DNA of 64,000 nt from an uncultured Gemmatimonadales bacterium (GCA_963850905.1 CAWKMU010000004.1:192001-256000), one strand, 5' to 3'; shown: positions 48,213-59,448, counted from the stretch's first letter. Made by a program: numbers and translations. Notes: generated from the letters alone by a model not told the origin.

Positions 48213-50785
48213 GGCCACCGAACTTGCGGCGCCCTGTGCCCGCCGCGTGGCCGTCTCGCGCGGTGGTGTTCCTCTCGCTTGGCATCGGCGTCGCATGCAG
48301 CAAGTCCGACAACGTCAACGGACCTGCAGGGCAGCTCCACACCATCGTCATCTCTCCATCGCAGGACACGATCGCGGTTGGAGGATCACAATCGTTCACC
48401 GCGACGGGACAGGACGCGTCGGGCCACACCGTCACGGGCCTCACGTTTTTTTGGCAGAGCAGCAGCAAGACCGTCGCAACGGTCACCCAGAGTGGGCAAG
48501 TCACGGCGCTCGCCACCGGGCCGGTGCAGATATCGGCGAGCGTTCAGGGAGTGTCTGGCATTGCGAACGTGACGATCACACCGCGGCCGGTGGGCTCGAT
48601 CGTCGTCGTGCCTTCAGCAGCGACACTTCGCATTGCGACCACGCTGCAGCTGTCCGACACGGTGAAGGACGCATCCGGCCACGCGCTCACGGGTCAGACC
48701 GTCACGTGGAGTAGCGACACTGCCTTGATCGCGGCGGTCGATCAGAACGGTCTGGTTACGGCCCGCGCCCTCGGCGTGGCCCACATCACCGCATCCTCCG
48801 GCGGCAAGAGCGCCATCTCGACGATCACCGTCTCGCAAGTACCCGTCGTCGTCGGTGACGATCAACCCGGCATCGCCCTCGGTGTTCGTCGGACAGACCA
48901 CGCAGCTGTCTGCCGTTACGAAGGATTCGGCTGGCAATGTGCTGCCGGGGCGCGTGGTGCGCTGGAGCACCGCCAATACCGCCATCGCGACGATCGACTC
49001 CGTCGCTGGCGTGTTGACCGGCGTGGCGCAAGGAAATACGTACGTCAGAGCGCGAAGCGAGGGCATCGTCGACAGCGTCGTCGCAACGGTGTCCCCCGCA
49101 CCACCCAGCACGGTCATCCTGTCGCCGGCCCTCGCCCAGGTCGACGTCGGACAGACAGTGTCGTACAGTGCCGTCGTGACGGACGCTAGCGGCAACCCGA
49201 TTCCCAATCCGACCGTCAATTACTCGTCGCTTAGTCCTAGTATCGCCAGCGTGACGAGCCAGACCGGCGCGACCGCTCAAGTGCTCGCGGGACCCAACTC
49301 AGGGACGGTGACCATCAAGGGCACCAGCGGGGCAGCGACCGGGAACGCCACGATCATCGTGTCGTTGGTCGGCGTCGACTCGGTGCACATCGCTACCGCA
49401 CACGACACCCTTAACCCCCCGCAGTCGGAGACATTTACCGCGACGGCGTACGACTCGAGCGGCAATGTGCTCGCCGGGCGGGCGGTGACCTGGCAGTCCA
49501 GCAACCCTGGTGTCGCGACGGTCGTTGGCGCGGGACCAACGGCCCAAGTGACCGCCCAGTCGACCGGCGTCGCGGTCATCTTTGCGACGATCAGCGGCGT
49601 GAAGGGCAGTCTCGCGCTGATCGTCAATCCGGTGCCGGTCGGGTCCGTGACACTCTCACGGCACACCGACACAATCCAGGTCCTCGGTAACGTCCAGCTC
49701 AGCGCGACAGTCCGCGACATCAACAACAACATCATCAATCCGCCGCAGACCTGGTATTCAACCAATACAAGCATCGCTGTGGTCACCTCATCGTCCCCCC
49801 CGGGCCTCGTGACCGGGGTCGGGAGCGGGTCCCCCGGTATTATCCCGACGATGATCATCGACTCGGTCGGTGGCAAAGCGGACACGAACATCACGTGGGT
49901 GCTCGCGCCCGTCACGAGCGTCGTGGTGATGCCGTCGACGGCGACGATCACCACAATCCAGACGCAGCCACTGACCGCGCAGTTGGGCGACAACTACGGT
50001 GACAACAACCTCACCGGGCGCACCATCATGTGGACCAGCAGCAATCACGCGGTCGACACCGTGTCGCAGAGTGGCGTCGTGCATCCCGTCGCCCCGGGAA
50101 CCGACACCATTACCGCGTCGGTGTCGCAACCAACCGGCAATGTCAGCGGCACCGCAGTGATTACGGTCACACAGGACCCGGTCGCGACGGTGATCGTCTA
50201 TCCGACCCCCGATACGATCTACGCCTCGGCACCTGGGAACACCGTCCAGCTGCACGACTCGACCAAGGATGTGAATGGCACCTACCTGCCGGGCCGCCCA
50301 GTGACCTGGTCAGTGACTGCCAACCCCCAGTTCGACACCGTCAACGCGTCGGGCCTCGTGACCGGAAAGAACAACAACATTGGTCAGTCGACGGTCACCG
50401 CGACCAGCAGCGATGGCCCGACCGGTAACGCCACGATCGTGGTGCGTGGCCACACCCAGTCGCTCACGGTTACCATTCCGGCACCCGATACGTTGTCGCA
50501 AAGTGCCGGCGTGGTTATCCGACTTCGCTGGTGGCGACTGTGACGGTTCTGGATACATTCGGGAACCCTGTGGAAAGCACTCGCCCGGTGACGTGGCAGA
50601 GCTCTGATGGGACAACCGTGACGATCAACGGGAGCGCTTCTCCAGTCGTGACCACTGCGAGCGCAAGTGTGACGTTGGCGGTTACCAGTACCGTGACCCC
50701 GAGCAGCCCCGTGACGATCACGGTAACGGCGCCAGACAATTCCGGTGCAACCGCCACCCCAGGACAGGTGACTATCGTTCCGTGA
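48209..50785 (+). CDS. Lipoprotein with about 9 bacterial Ig-like (Big_2) repeats; two apparent frameshifts (about 48850 and 50510)
   Basis: Lipobox GVAC; repeated V.I.P...D..G...V.W.SS...VA.V...G units continuing across three frames; ATGA and GTGA overlaps at both ends. Confidence 0.85.
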
Positions 50786-51939
50786 TGCGAGCGTTGGGCG
50801 TAGGACTATCGGGAACCGCGTGCGTGGCGGCAATCATGGCGGCAATGCTGCCTGTGTCTGCAACCGCACAGGTACCGCAGCCGCTGCCACTCAAGCGGCC
50901 GACGCTGACGCCGGTGGCGGTCGCGTGCCCGGTGTTTCCCACGCCACCGGCACCGGTCCGACAACAAGTCGACGAAGCCAACCGACTGGCGACGCTGGGA
51001 CAGGAATCGTCGCTCGAGGGCGACCACCGCGCGGCCCGCGACCTCTTCAGCCAGGCCGCGACACTGAACCCGCGCGAGGCGAGCCTCGCCTATCGACTGG
51101 GCCGCGAGTACGAGGCCTCGGGCCAGCGAGAGGAGGCCGTTCGCCAGTACTGTCGCTATCTATCCCTCGCGCCAAACGCCAGTGACGCGGCCCAGGTCAG
51201 TGCGCAGGTCGCGCACCTATTGGCGCCGGATGCGGTGGCGCGCGGCAATGACGTCGTCGTTGCGTTCCGCGGTGGGGTCGTCGACTTCGATGCCCGCGAC
51301 TACGACGGGGCCGTGACCGCGTTCACCAAGGCGGCACAGGATTCCGCGCTCACCGATGCGATCTACAATCGCGCGCTCGCCCACGACCGCAACGGCGAGG
51401 CGCCTGCTGCCATTCGCGACTACTCGACGTACCTGCGTCTCGATCCGCAGGCGTCCGACGCCGCTGCAGTGCGCGGCCGCATCGACGCGCTTCGCTCGGG
51501 CATCCCGAGTCCGGGAACGGCCTTCGCGCTTGGTCTCTTGCCAGGCGGTGGTCAGTTCTACACCAAGCAACCCCTGCTCGGGGTCGTCATCATCGCCGGC
51601 GTAGCCGGGGGCGTCGCGCTCGCCCTTCGCACCACCACGGTCACGCGAGATACCATCTACCCGGCACCATTTGGCGGAACCTACCCGGGCACCTACACGC
51701 AGACCCAACACCCCGACCTCGCCATCGGCGCGGGCGTGGCGGGCGGAGTGCTCCTGCTCGGGGCCATCCAGGCCGCGCTGGTGGCCCACAGTCGGGGCGC
51801 GGACATTTCCGGTGCCGACGCGGACGCGAGGGCGGCATTGCTCCCGCATCTGGGGCCGGTGTCTGTTGAGTTACCTTCGCTCCTCCGAACGAGCCAAGGG
51901 CTCAACTGGCAGTTCCCGCTGCGGTTCGCCGTTCGGTAA
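50782..51939 (+). CDS. Exported TPR protein with C-terminal hydrophobic domain
   Basis: Signal peptide, TPR helices (AIYNRALA, YLSLAPNASDA), LLPGGGQFY and hydrophobic segments. Confidence 0.8.
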   Translation: MMRALGVGLSGTACVAAIMAAMLPVSATAQVPQPLPLKRPTLTPVAVACPVFPTPPAPVRQQVDEANRLATLGQESSLEGDHRAARDLFSQAATLNPREASLAYRLGREYEASGQREEAVRQYCRYLSLAPNASDAAQVSAQVAHLLAPDAVARGNDVVVAFRGGVVDFDARDYDGAVTAFTKAAQDSALTDAIYNRALAHDRNGEAPAAIRDYSTYLRLDPQASDAAAVRGRIDALRSGIPSPGTAFALGLLPGGGQFYTKQPLLGVVIIAGVAGGVALALRTTTVTRDTIYPAPFGGTYPGTYTQTQHPDLAIGAGVAGGVLLLGAIQAALVAHSRGADISGADADARAALLPHLGPVSVELPSLLRTSQGLNWQFPLRFAVR

Positions 51940-51947
51940 CCCCTCGA

Positions 51948-52715
51948 CTAGCAGCGGTCGCGCGTCGCGTCCGAGGGATCGGGCGCCGTCATGTCACCGA
52001 CGGTCGGGGCCTGGCCAACGACTGCGGGTTCGATTGCGCGGGCGAGTTCGACCGGACGGTCCGCGACGATGTCGCCATTCCGCGGTGACCCGGACAGATG
52101 GTCGGCCATCTCCCGTCGCTCCGACGACAGTCGCGCCATGGCGGTGCGCGCGCGGAGCACGGCGTACTCGTCGCCCGAGTCACGGCCCAGCGTGAGCGCG
52201 ATCTCGTACATCCGCTCGGCCGCCAGGTTCTCGCGAAGCTCGCTGTAGCACCGCCCGGCGCGCAGCGCGGCAGCAGCCGCAAGCTCGCGTTGGACTGGTT
52301 GCTCGGTGACGTGGGCGCAGGCTCGATACGCTCGCATGAACACATCCGCCGCCAGCGCCCAGCCTTCCCGTCGCTGGAGCGCACGGCCGTAGCCGAGGAG
52401 CAGCGATACAACCCGGGTGAGATCCTGCGCGCGGTCGGTCGTCGACGCATCGACGAGCCCGGCGAGATAGATCCGCTCTGGCGCGTTCGCCGGGAGCACC
52501 GCTATCGCGTTCTCCACGGCCCGTCGTTCCGTGCCCAGGTCCGCCGCCGTGGCACCCGTGTCTGCCCACGCATCCAGGTACCGCAGCGTGACGAGTCCTG
52601 CAAGCGCCGCCCGCCAGTCGCCCGAGCCCTCCGGCAACACCCCGAGCGCTTCAAAGAACGCGCGATGAGGCGGGATGCTGTTGGCGCTGCGAGTTGGTCC
52701 TTCGGGTGTCGGCAC
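51948..52715 (-). CDS. Hypothetical helical/TPR-like protein (start uncertain)
   Basis: HRAFFEAL...WRAALAGLVTLRYLDAW, LLGYGRAL, TPR-like helices; fills the intergenic space. Confidence 0.6.
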   Translation of the reverse strand: MPTPEGPTRSANSIPPHRAFFEALGVLPEGSGDWRAALAGLVTLRYLDAWADTGATAADLGTERRAVENAIAVLPANAPERIYLAGLVDASTTDRAQDLTRVVSLLLGYGRALQRREGWALAADVFMRAYRACAHVTEQPVQRELAAAAALRAGRCYSELRENLAAERMYEIALTLGRDSGDEYAVLRARTAMARLSSERREMADHLSGSPRNGDIVADRPVELARAIEPAVVGQAPTVGDMTAPDPSDATRDRC

Positions 52716-52789
52716 GGCTCTCAAATATGTGGCAGCGCCGCGCCAGGTGGGAGGGGCGCGGGCGCTGACGCTGTTCAGTCGACACGCCA

Positions 52790-52817
52790 TTGCATTTTAG
52801 GCGTGCCTAATTATCTT
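52790..52817 (+). promoter_or_regulatory. mntH promoter with DtxR/MntR-type operator TTAGGCGTGCCTAA (52797-52810)
   Basis: TTGCAT-16 nt-TATCTT with a TTAGGC-N2-GCCTAA palindrome in the spacer; cognate-family regulator two genes downstream. Confidence 0.8.
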
Positions 52818-52824
52818 TTTCGCA

Positions 52825-54222
52825 ATGGAATTCGCCCGAAGTCGGCGGAAGCTAATCGAACCGCGCGCCGGGGGAGACGGCGCGACAGCGGAGCCCGTGG
52901 GGCCTTCGCGCATGTGGCGGGGGACGCGTCTCACGCCGTCGCTCGCCGAAGCGTACCGGACCATCGGCGTGGAGGGCACCTGGTGGCGAAAGGCCTTGGC
53001 ATTCGCGGGTCCCGGGTATCTCGTCGCCGTGGGGTACATGGATCCCGGGAATTGGGCCACGGATCTCGCGGGTGGCTCGCGCTTCGGCTACACGCTGCTC
53101 AGCGTCATCCTCCTGTCCAATCTCCTGGCGGTCTTGCTCCAGGCGCTGGCCGCACGACTTGGGATCGCGACGGGCCGCGATCTCGCGCAGGCGTGTCGTG
53201 AGCAGTACAGCCGGCGAACGAGCTTCCTTCTGTGGGTGTTCGCCGAAATCGCGATCGCGGCCTGCGACCTCGCGGAGGTCATCGGATCGGCGATAGCGCT
53301 CAACTTGTTGTTCCGGATCCCGCTCGCGGTCGGGGTCTTCATTACCGCGGCGGACGTGCTTGTCGTGCTCTATCTCCAGCACTATGGCTTCCGGCGACTC
53401 GAGATCGTCGTCATTACCCTGATCGCGACCATCGCGCTCGCGTTTCTCTTCGAGCTCGTGATTTCGCGCCCCGACCTCGCCGGCGTCGCGCGCGGCTTCA
53501 TCCCCACGCCCTCGATCGTCACCAATCCCGCGATGCTCTATATCGCGGTGTCGATCCTGGGCGCCACGGTCATGCCCCATAACCTCTATTTGCATTCATC
53601 GGTCGTTCAGACGCGACGCTACAAGGAGACAGCGCCCGGCAAGCGCGAAGCCTCGCGCTACGCGGTGCTCGACTCGACGGTGGCGTTGACCTTTGCGCTC
53701 TTCATCAACGCGGCGATTCTCATTGTGGCGGCGGCGACGTTTCACCGCTCCGGACATGTCGGAGTCGCGGAGATCCAGGACGCGTACAAACTGCTGACCC
53801 CATTGCTGGGCGTGAGCGGCGCGAGCGTCGTGTTTGCGATCGCCCTGTTGGCCTCCGGACAGAACTCCACCTTGACCGGGACGCTGGCAGGACAGATCGT
53901 GATGGAGGGATTCCTCGATATCCGACTGCGCCCGTGGGTGCGCCGGCTCCTGACCCGCTTGATCGCGATCGTGCCCGCCGCCATCGTCGCGATCGCCTTT
54001 GGTGCGTCGGGCACGACGGCCCTCCTGATTCTCAGCCAGGTGATCTTGAGCCTCCAGTTGTCATTCGCCGTTGTCCCACTCGTGAGCTTCACGTCCGACC
54101 GTGCCAAGATGGGCGACCTCGTCAGTCCCCCGTGGCTCAAGGGGCTGAGCTGGACGGCTGCCGGCGTCATCGCGGGTCTCAACATGTGGCTACTGGTCAT
54201 GATCGCGCGCGGTCAGGCGTGA
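52825..54222 (+). CDS. mntH: Nramp-family Mn2+/Fe2+ transporter MntH
   Basis: [45 protein letters not shown]. Confidence 0.96.
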   Translation: MEFARSRRKLIEPRAGGDGATAEPVGPSRMWRGTRLTPSLAEAYRTIGVEGTWWRKALAFAGPGYLVAVGYMDPGNWATDLAGGSRFGYTLLSVILLSNLLAVLLQALAARLGIATGRDLAQACREQYSRRTSFLLWVFAEIAIAACDLAEVIGSAIALNLLFRIPLAVGVFITAADVLVVLYLQHYGFRRLEIVVITLIATIALAFLFELVISRPDLAGVARGFIPTPSIVTNPAMLYIAVSILGATVMPHNLYLHSSVVQTRRYKETAPGKREASRYAVLDSTVALTFALFINAAILIVAAATFHRSGHVGVAEIQDAYKLLTPLLGVSGASVVFAIALLASGQNSTLTGTLAGQIVMEGFLDIRLRPWVRRLLTRLIAIVPAAIVAIAFGASGTTALLILSQVILSLQLSFAVVPLVSFTSDRAKMGDLVSPPWLKGLSWTAAGVIAGLNMWLLVMIARGQA

Positions 54223-54265
54223 GGACAATGATGTCGATCACTCATCATCCAGCGTTGGCGGTCTG

Positions 54266-55000
54266 ATGGGACCTCAGAGCCGCACTCCCGAGCGTCACGC
54301 GCCCCGACCGGAAACGTACACCGGCCCGGTCGAAGACTATCTCAAGGCGATCTACGAGCTCGAGCGCGGCGGTGACGCCGCGACGACGTCTGAGATTGCA
54401 CATCGCCTCGATATCGCGCCGGCCTCGGTGACAGGCATGATTCGCCGACTCGCCGAGCAGGGACTGGTGGAGCACGAACCCTATCGAGGCGCCCGGCTCA
54501 CCGATACCGGCCAGCGCGCGGCCCTGCGGACGATCCGGCGGCACCGCGTGATCGAGACGTTCCTCGCGCGCGTGCTGGGCTATCCGTGGGACGAGGTGCA
54601 TGAAGAAGCCGAGCACCTCGAGCACGCCGCCAGCGACACCTTGATCGACCGCATGGTGGCGGCACTCGATGAACCCACCGTCGACCCGCACGGCGCGCCC
54701 ATTCCAACCCGGGATGGGACCGTGCACGAGCCACGCTACCGATCGATCGCGGATCTCGTGCCGGGCGAGCGCAGTCGCGTCGTGCGCGTGCACGACGACG
54801 ACCCGGCCCGTCTGCGGTACCTGGGCGAGCTGGGACTCGTGCCGGGCGCCACCGTCGCGCTCCTCGCGCGTGCGCCCTTCGATGGACCCATCACGATTCG
54901 CATTGGGAGTGGCCCACGCGCCAGCGAGTACACCATCGGCCCCGCCCTCGGCCACGGCGTGATGATCGAACCCGCGGACGCTGCGCGTCCGAGAAAGTAG
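54266..55000 (+). CDS. mntR: DtxR/MntR-family metal-dependent repressor with FeoA-like domain
   Basis: VEDYLKAIY, RRHRVIETFL, VHEEAEHLEH, DPHGAPIP. Confidence 0.92.
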   Translation: MGPQSRTPERHAPRPETYTGPVEDYLKAIYELERGGDAATTSEIAHRLDIAPASVTGMIRRLAEQGLVEHEPYRGARLTDTGQRAALRTIRRHRVIETFLARVLGYPWDEVHEEAEHLEHAASDTLIDRMVAALDEPTVDPHGAPIPTRDGTVHEPRYRSIADLVPGERSRVVRVHDDDPARLRYLGELGLVPGATVALLARAPFDGPITIRIGSGPRASEYTIGPALGHGVMIEPADAARPRK

Positions 55001-55086
55001 CGGGGCAGACAGTGGAAAGGAGACAACGGCGTCGCCTTTACCGTCGTCTCCTTTCTCCTTTCTCCTTCTCCTTTCCCCTCTCTACG
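54997..55086. repeat. Inverted heptamer element (GAAAGGA / TCTCCTT) between convergent genes
   Basis: GGAAAGGAGAC on the left; GTCTCCTTTCTCCTTTCTCCTTCTCCTTTCC on the right. Confidence 0.75.
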
Positions 55087-55108
55087 TCCTAGCGCGCGCG
55101 TCGCGCGC

Positions 55109-57115
55109 CTAGGACGTCGGTGCCGCCGTCCAGCTATTGTTCGCCCGATCGATATCGATGAGCCGATGATCCGGATCGAGCTCGATGTGCGTGACGCGCT
55201 TGCCGACGAACTCGTAGTGGCGTATGTAGTGCGCCGTGTTCGTGCTCCACACCAGTGCCGGGTAGCGATAATCCTCGGTGGTTCCGTCCGAGAATGTGAA
55301 CCGGGCGATGATCGGCAACACGCCTCGCGCACGGTTCTCGTAGACCACGATAGCACGCTCGGTGTCGGCTTGTTGCCGCACCACGACCGTATCGATGGCC
55401 TGGTCGAACCGATAGTTGTTCAGCCAGAACTCCCGCCAGAACCAGTCGAGCTGTTGACCGCTCACATCGCTCATCGTGCGGAAGAAGTCGGTTGGCGACG
55501 GATGCTTGAACGCCCACCGCCGGATGTAGGTCCGGAAGGCATCGTCGAAGGCATCGGGCCCGAGAATCTCCTGCCGCAGGAGCTGGAGTCCCACGGATGG
55601 CTTGTCATAGGAGTTGAGGCCGAGGAGCTGCGGCGGAACACGATCGGCCTGGATCTCGATCGGGATGTCCACGCCGATGGACTCGGCCTTCTCCTCGAGG
55701 CCACGCTCCTCGCCGCCGCGCGCGACCTGATCTCCGCGTTCCGGGAACCGCCGAGCCTCCGAGAAGGTGTTGATGAAGGTGTTGAGCCCTTCGTCCTGCC
55801 ACATGTGCACGCGCTCATTCGACCCGACGATCATCGGAAACCAGTTGTGTCCGATCTCGTGCGTGACGACGTTGTACAACTCGTACTTGTCCGAGTTGCG
55901 CGACTCCATCGCCAGCATCGGGTATTCCATGCCGCTGACCGGTCCCTCGATCGCTGTGATTTGTGGGTAGGGATAGGGGAACCAGCGGGTGGAATACTCC
56001 TCGATCGACATGCGAGCCATGTCGGCGGCGTCCTGCCACACACTCGCCGCCGTCGGCCGGTAATACGCGTTGGCGATCACGCCGTGCCAGCTCGAGGCGT
56101 CCCACTGGTAGTCGGGCGCGGCGCCCCAAGCCACATCGCGCACGTTGTGCGCACGAAAACGCCACGTGAGCATGCCGGTGGTCCGCGGCCGGGCGGTCCC
56201 CCTCGTGAGATCCGAGTCCGAGACGATCGCGATCTGCGTTGCGGACGTGGCCGCCTTGGCGAGCCGAGCGCGCTCACCCTCCGTCAGGACGTCGCGCGGA
56301 TTGTCGAGCGTGCCAGTGCCGCCGACGATGTAACCGGCCGGTAGCGTCACCGCGTACGTGAAGTCTCCGTACTCGAGGTAGAACTCTCCTTGCCCAAGAT
56401 ACGGCTCGGTGTTCCACCCTTTGAGGTCGTCGTACACCGCGACTCGCGGGTACCACTGCGCCATCTCGTACAGCGAGCCGTCGCGCCCCATGCGATCCGC
56501 GCCGTGTACCGGCACCATGAAGTGCCAACCGATGTCGAACACCGCGGTCCCGCCAGGGGCCAGGGGCTCGGGCAGGTCGGCCTTGAGCTCCGTGCCCTCT
56601 GTGCGCGTGTGCAGCGCCACGTGCCCGCCCGAGCCCGTCGGACCACGCACCAGATCGAAGTGATCGATGACGTCGCCACCCTCGAACCCGCGTCCGCCGA
56701 ACCGCGACTGCTCCGGAAAGACGAGCGAGTTGAGAGAGTGCTGGGCGAACGCGTTTTGCTCGACCTGAAACCAGACGAATCGCAGGGTGTCCGGCGAGTG
56801 ATTCGTGTATATGAGACGCAGCGTTCCAGTGAGCGTCTTTGCCGTGGTGTCGAGCGTCGCGTGGATGTCGTAGTCGGCGCGGTTCTGCCAATACCGTGGT
56901 CCCGGAGCGCCCGACGCCTCACGAAACTCCGTGCTCGGCGGCAAGCCGAGCGGGGCGAAGACCGATGTATCGCCCACGCCTGTCGTGTCGAATCGCGTAA
57001 CGCGCGCGGTCGGCGGCGGCGCAGGATTGGAAGCACTCTGCGCGGCTACCGTACGGCTGCCCACGCTGGCGATGGCCGCTGTGGCCATCGCCAGAATCCA
57101 AAAGGAACGTGTCAT
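55109..57115 (-). CDS. Exported M1-family metallo-aminopeptidase
   Basis: Signal peptide, YWQNRADY, GMEYPM, HEIGHNW...DEG zinc motif. Confidence 0.92.
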   Translation of the reverse strand: MTRSFWILAMATAAIASVGSRTVAAQSASNPAPPPTARVTRFDTTGVGDTSVFAPLGLPPSTEFREASGAPGPRYWQNRADYDIHATLDTTAKTLTGTLRLIYTNHSPDTLRFVWFQVEQNAFAQHSLNSLVFPEQSRFGGRGFEGGDVIDHFDLVRGPTGSGGHVALHTRTEGTELKADLPEPLAPGGTAVFDIGWHFMVPVHGADRMGRDGSLYEMAQWYPRVAVYDDLKGWNTEPYLGQGEFYLEYGDFTYAVTLPAGYIVGGTGTLDNPRDVLTEGERARLAKAATSATQIAIVSDSDLTRGTARPRTTGMLTWRFRAHNVRDVAWGAAPDYQWDASSWHGVIANAYYRPTAASVWQDAADMARMSIEEYSTRWFPYPYPQITAIEGPVSGMEYPMLAMESRNSDKYELYNVVTHEIGHNWFPMIVGSNERVHMWQDEGLNTFINTFSEARRFPERGDQVARGGEERGLEEKAESIGVDIPIEIQADRVPPQLLGLNSYDKPSVGLQLLRQEILGPDAFDDAFRTYIRRWAFKHPSPTDFFRTMSDVSGQQLDWFWREFWLNNYRFDQAIDTVVVRQQADTERAIVVYENRARGVLPIIARFTFSDGTTEDYRYPALVWSTNTAHYIRHYEFVGKRVTHIELDPDHRLIDIDRANNSWTAAPTS

Positions 57116-57226
57116 GTCTGTGTAGTATGTGAGAGAGCAACGCTGCAACCGCCGCCCCGCTGTATCAAACAGTCGAGGCGCCGAAGTCGATAGGTACTAC
57201 CCCCGCAGGCGCATAAGGTTGTGGCG

Positions 57227-58018
57227 CTAGAGCCCCACTCGCCTTCCCAAAATCATCTTGGCAATCAGATGATCGGTCGCCCGCGTGAACCCCTCGCCGA
57301 CACCCAGGTTGAATTCCCACGCCGGGCCGAAATTGAGGTTGATCGCTCCGAACAGCTGGTGCTGTTGATTCTCGATCGGCGAGAAATGTGTCAGCGGGCC
57401 GAAGGAGGCGTAGTACTCCGCGGCGACATTGAGAAACGGGTTGACGTCGAAGCCAACCGTCCCGTCTGGCGCGAAATCCAGACCGTCGGTTACGGTCGGT
57501 CCGTGCCATGATCGCTCGAGCGCCGGGTTGACAGCCATGTACCACCGGCCGACCTGCTTGTCGATGATCGGACGAATCTCCCAAGTCCAGATGTCGGGCG
57601 AGACCTCGGGCCGTTGATAGCCGATTTCCATTGACAGGCTGAGGCCAACCGGCAATCCCCAGGACTCGGGCGCGCGAATCCGCGGGCGAATGTGGTCGCC
57701 GACCCACTGCCACCCCTGCCCTGCACGCGCGCTGGTGAAGACGTAGAATCCTGTCTCGAACCACGGCGTGAAGCCGTGCGTGATCTCCAGCGTCTCGTGC
57801 AACGCGTCTTCGGTTGGCCAGAGGTCCGCATCGCCTGTTCGGTGGCCATCCCATGTGAAGTTGCTGTGCAACTCGAACATCGTCGCTCCGGGAGCGACCG
57901 TCTCGGACCCGTACACCTGGATCTCGTAGTTGTCCTGCGCGGCGAGACGTGCGGGCGCCAGCACGGCCACACTCGTGGCGATGGCACACGCCCCCACGCG
58001 GTACCTTTTCATCGGCAT
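57227..58018 (-). CDS. Exported hypothetical protein, probable outer-membrane beta-barrel
   Basis: Signal peptide ending RLAA-QDNYEIQVY; alternating aromatic beta strands. Confidence 0.7.
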   Translation of the reverse strand: MPMKRYRVGACAIATSVAVLAPARLAAQDNYEIQVYGSETVAPGATMFELHSNFTWDGHRTGDADLWPTEDALHETLEITHGFTPWFETGFYVFTSARAGQGWQWVGDHIRPRIRAPESWGLPVGLSLSMEIGYQRPEVSPDIWTWEIRPIIDKQVGRWYMAVNPALERSWHGPTVTDGLDFAPDGTVGFDVNPFLNVAAEYYASFGPLTHFSPIENQQHQLFGAINLNFGPAWEFNLGVGEGFTRATDHLIAKMILGRRVGL

Positions 58019-58075
58019 ATCGTCGATATGTGGGATTCACCATGCATCGGGCAATGCCCGGGGGAGCACGGGGTC

Positions 58076-58649
58076 GTGTCGTCAGCACGCAGCACAGGCT
58101 CGCCAGTCGGCCGCCGTGGGGGGATCGCCGCCCTGCGTGCAGTCGCGCGGAGCGCGAACGCGGCAGTGCGTCGCGCCTGCATCTCGCCTCGGCGTCGCCG
58201 CAGTCACCGGCGGCGCGCTCGGCGCGCAGTCTGTGGCGAGCGAGACCTCGGGCGTCGTGCTGGTCGGCGCCCGCGTGCGCCTCTGGCAACTGGCCGCGCG
58301 TGACCTCTCCATCCCCGTCGTAGGTCGGCTCACGCGCATCACCGCGGATAGCGTCGACATCCAACCCGATGGAAACGACCTCGCCATCGGCGTCGCGCGC
58401 CCTGCGGTAACCCGAGTCGACGCCAGCGCCGGGCCACACACCAAGCCTCGAGGCACTGCTGCGGTGATGGGAGCCGTCATCGGCGCCCTTGGTGGGGGCA
58501 TCATCGGCGTGGTCGCCGGTAATATGAGTCACGGCAACGCCGCGCGCCTCGGCATCTACTCCGGCGTGGCGGGCGCAGGCATTGGTGCCGCCGCAGGCGC
58601 GTTCGCGCCCGGCGAAGCGTGGCATCGCGCGACACTGCCCGCCCCGTAA
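58076..58649 (+). CDS. Hypothetical exported protein with glycine-zipper-like helices; 5' end uncertain, possible +1 frameshift near 58183
   Basis: GARVRL beta domain, then GAVIGALGGGIIG and GAGIGAAAG; GGAG-GTG start lies in the adjacent frame. Confidence 0.55.
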
Positions 58650-58662
58650 CGCGGTTTAGCCC

Positions 58663-59436
58663 CTAGACCGTCCGCTGGAGCTGCGCGATGTAGGTGCGCA
58701 CTCGATGCGCGTTTTCCGGCACGTCGTCCGGTCCCACGCGCGACACAGAGCGCACGTCGACTCGGCTTCCGTGCTCCGTGGGCGCAACTCGAACCGCGAT
58801 GTCGTCGGTGAACCCGAACCATCGCGTCGTCGCGACCGCCTCAATGCGGCCCGAGGTCGAATCGGCCGCGACGACATCCCAACCCAGATTGCGGGCCGCG
58901 GCGAGCGCGATGCGAAAGGCGGCGCCCGGCGGGACGGGCAGGTCCGCCGGTCCGATATCGGGATACGAGGCACGTTGCTCGGCCGCGATGTTGAGTCCGC
59001 CGTACGGCGGCGGCGCGGCAACCCCGGGCTGCGGCTGCGCCAGGCCAAATGCGGGTGGGTTGCCGAAGTCCGTCGTGATATCCCGAATCGCCGGCGCCGA
59101 TCGCGCTTGCAAACGCCACGAGATCACCCAGGCGAAGGTCCCGAAACCAATCAGCACGCCCAGCAGAGACAACAGGAACCCTCGACGGCCAGTTCCGGGG
59201 CGCGTCAGAACCGCGGCTATCAGCGCCAGGAAACCACCGACCAGACCGATCCACCCCCCCACACCCAGCACCGCAAACGCCACTGGTAGTGGCCAGACAC
59301 CGACACGGTAGACGAAGCCTGAGGAGGCCAACACCACCACACCAAACGCCGCGACGAGCGTGCCGAATACGGCTGCGACGGGCAGCCCTCGGCGAACGTG
59401 CGAGCCGGAGCCGGAAACTGCCGATGCACTCGTCAC
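58663..59436 (-). CDS. DUF1499-family membrane protein
   Basis: 3 TM, PAIRDITTD..NPPAF, QRASYPDI, WFGFTDD, DVRSVSRVG. Confidence 0.87.
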   Translation of the reverse strand: MTSASAVSGSGSHVRRGLPVAAVFGTLVAAFGVVVLASSGFVYRVGVWPLPVAFAVLGVGGWIGLVGGFLALIAAVLTRPGTGRRGFLLSLLGVLIGFGTFAWVISWRLQARSAPAIRDITTDFGNPPAFGLAQPQPGVAAPPPYGGLNIAAEQRASYPDIGPADLPVPPGAAFRIALAAARNLGWDVVAADSTSGRIEAVATTRWFGFTDDIAVRVAPTEHGSRVDVRSVSRVGPDDVPENAHRVRTYIAQLQRTV

Positions 59437-59448
59437 GAGGCCGGGCGA

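Noticed and set aside
47150..50785. RCC1 and Ig repeats as a diversity-generating retroelement or recent duplication
   Set aside because: Repeats are diverged at the DNA level; no reverse transcriptase or template/variable repeat pair seen.
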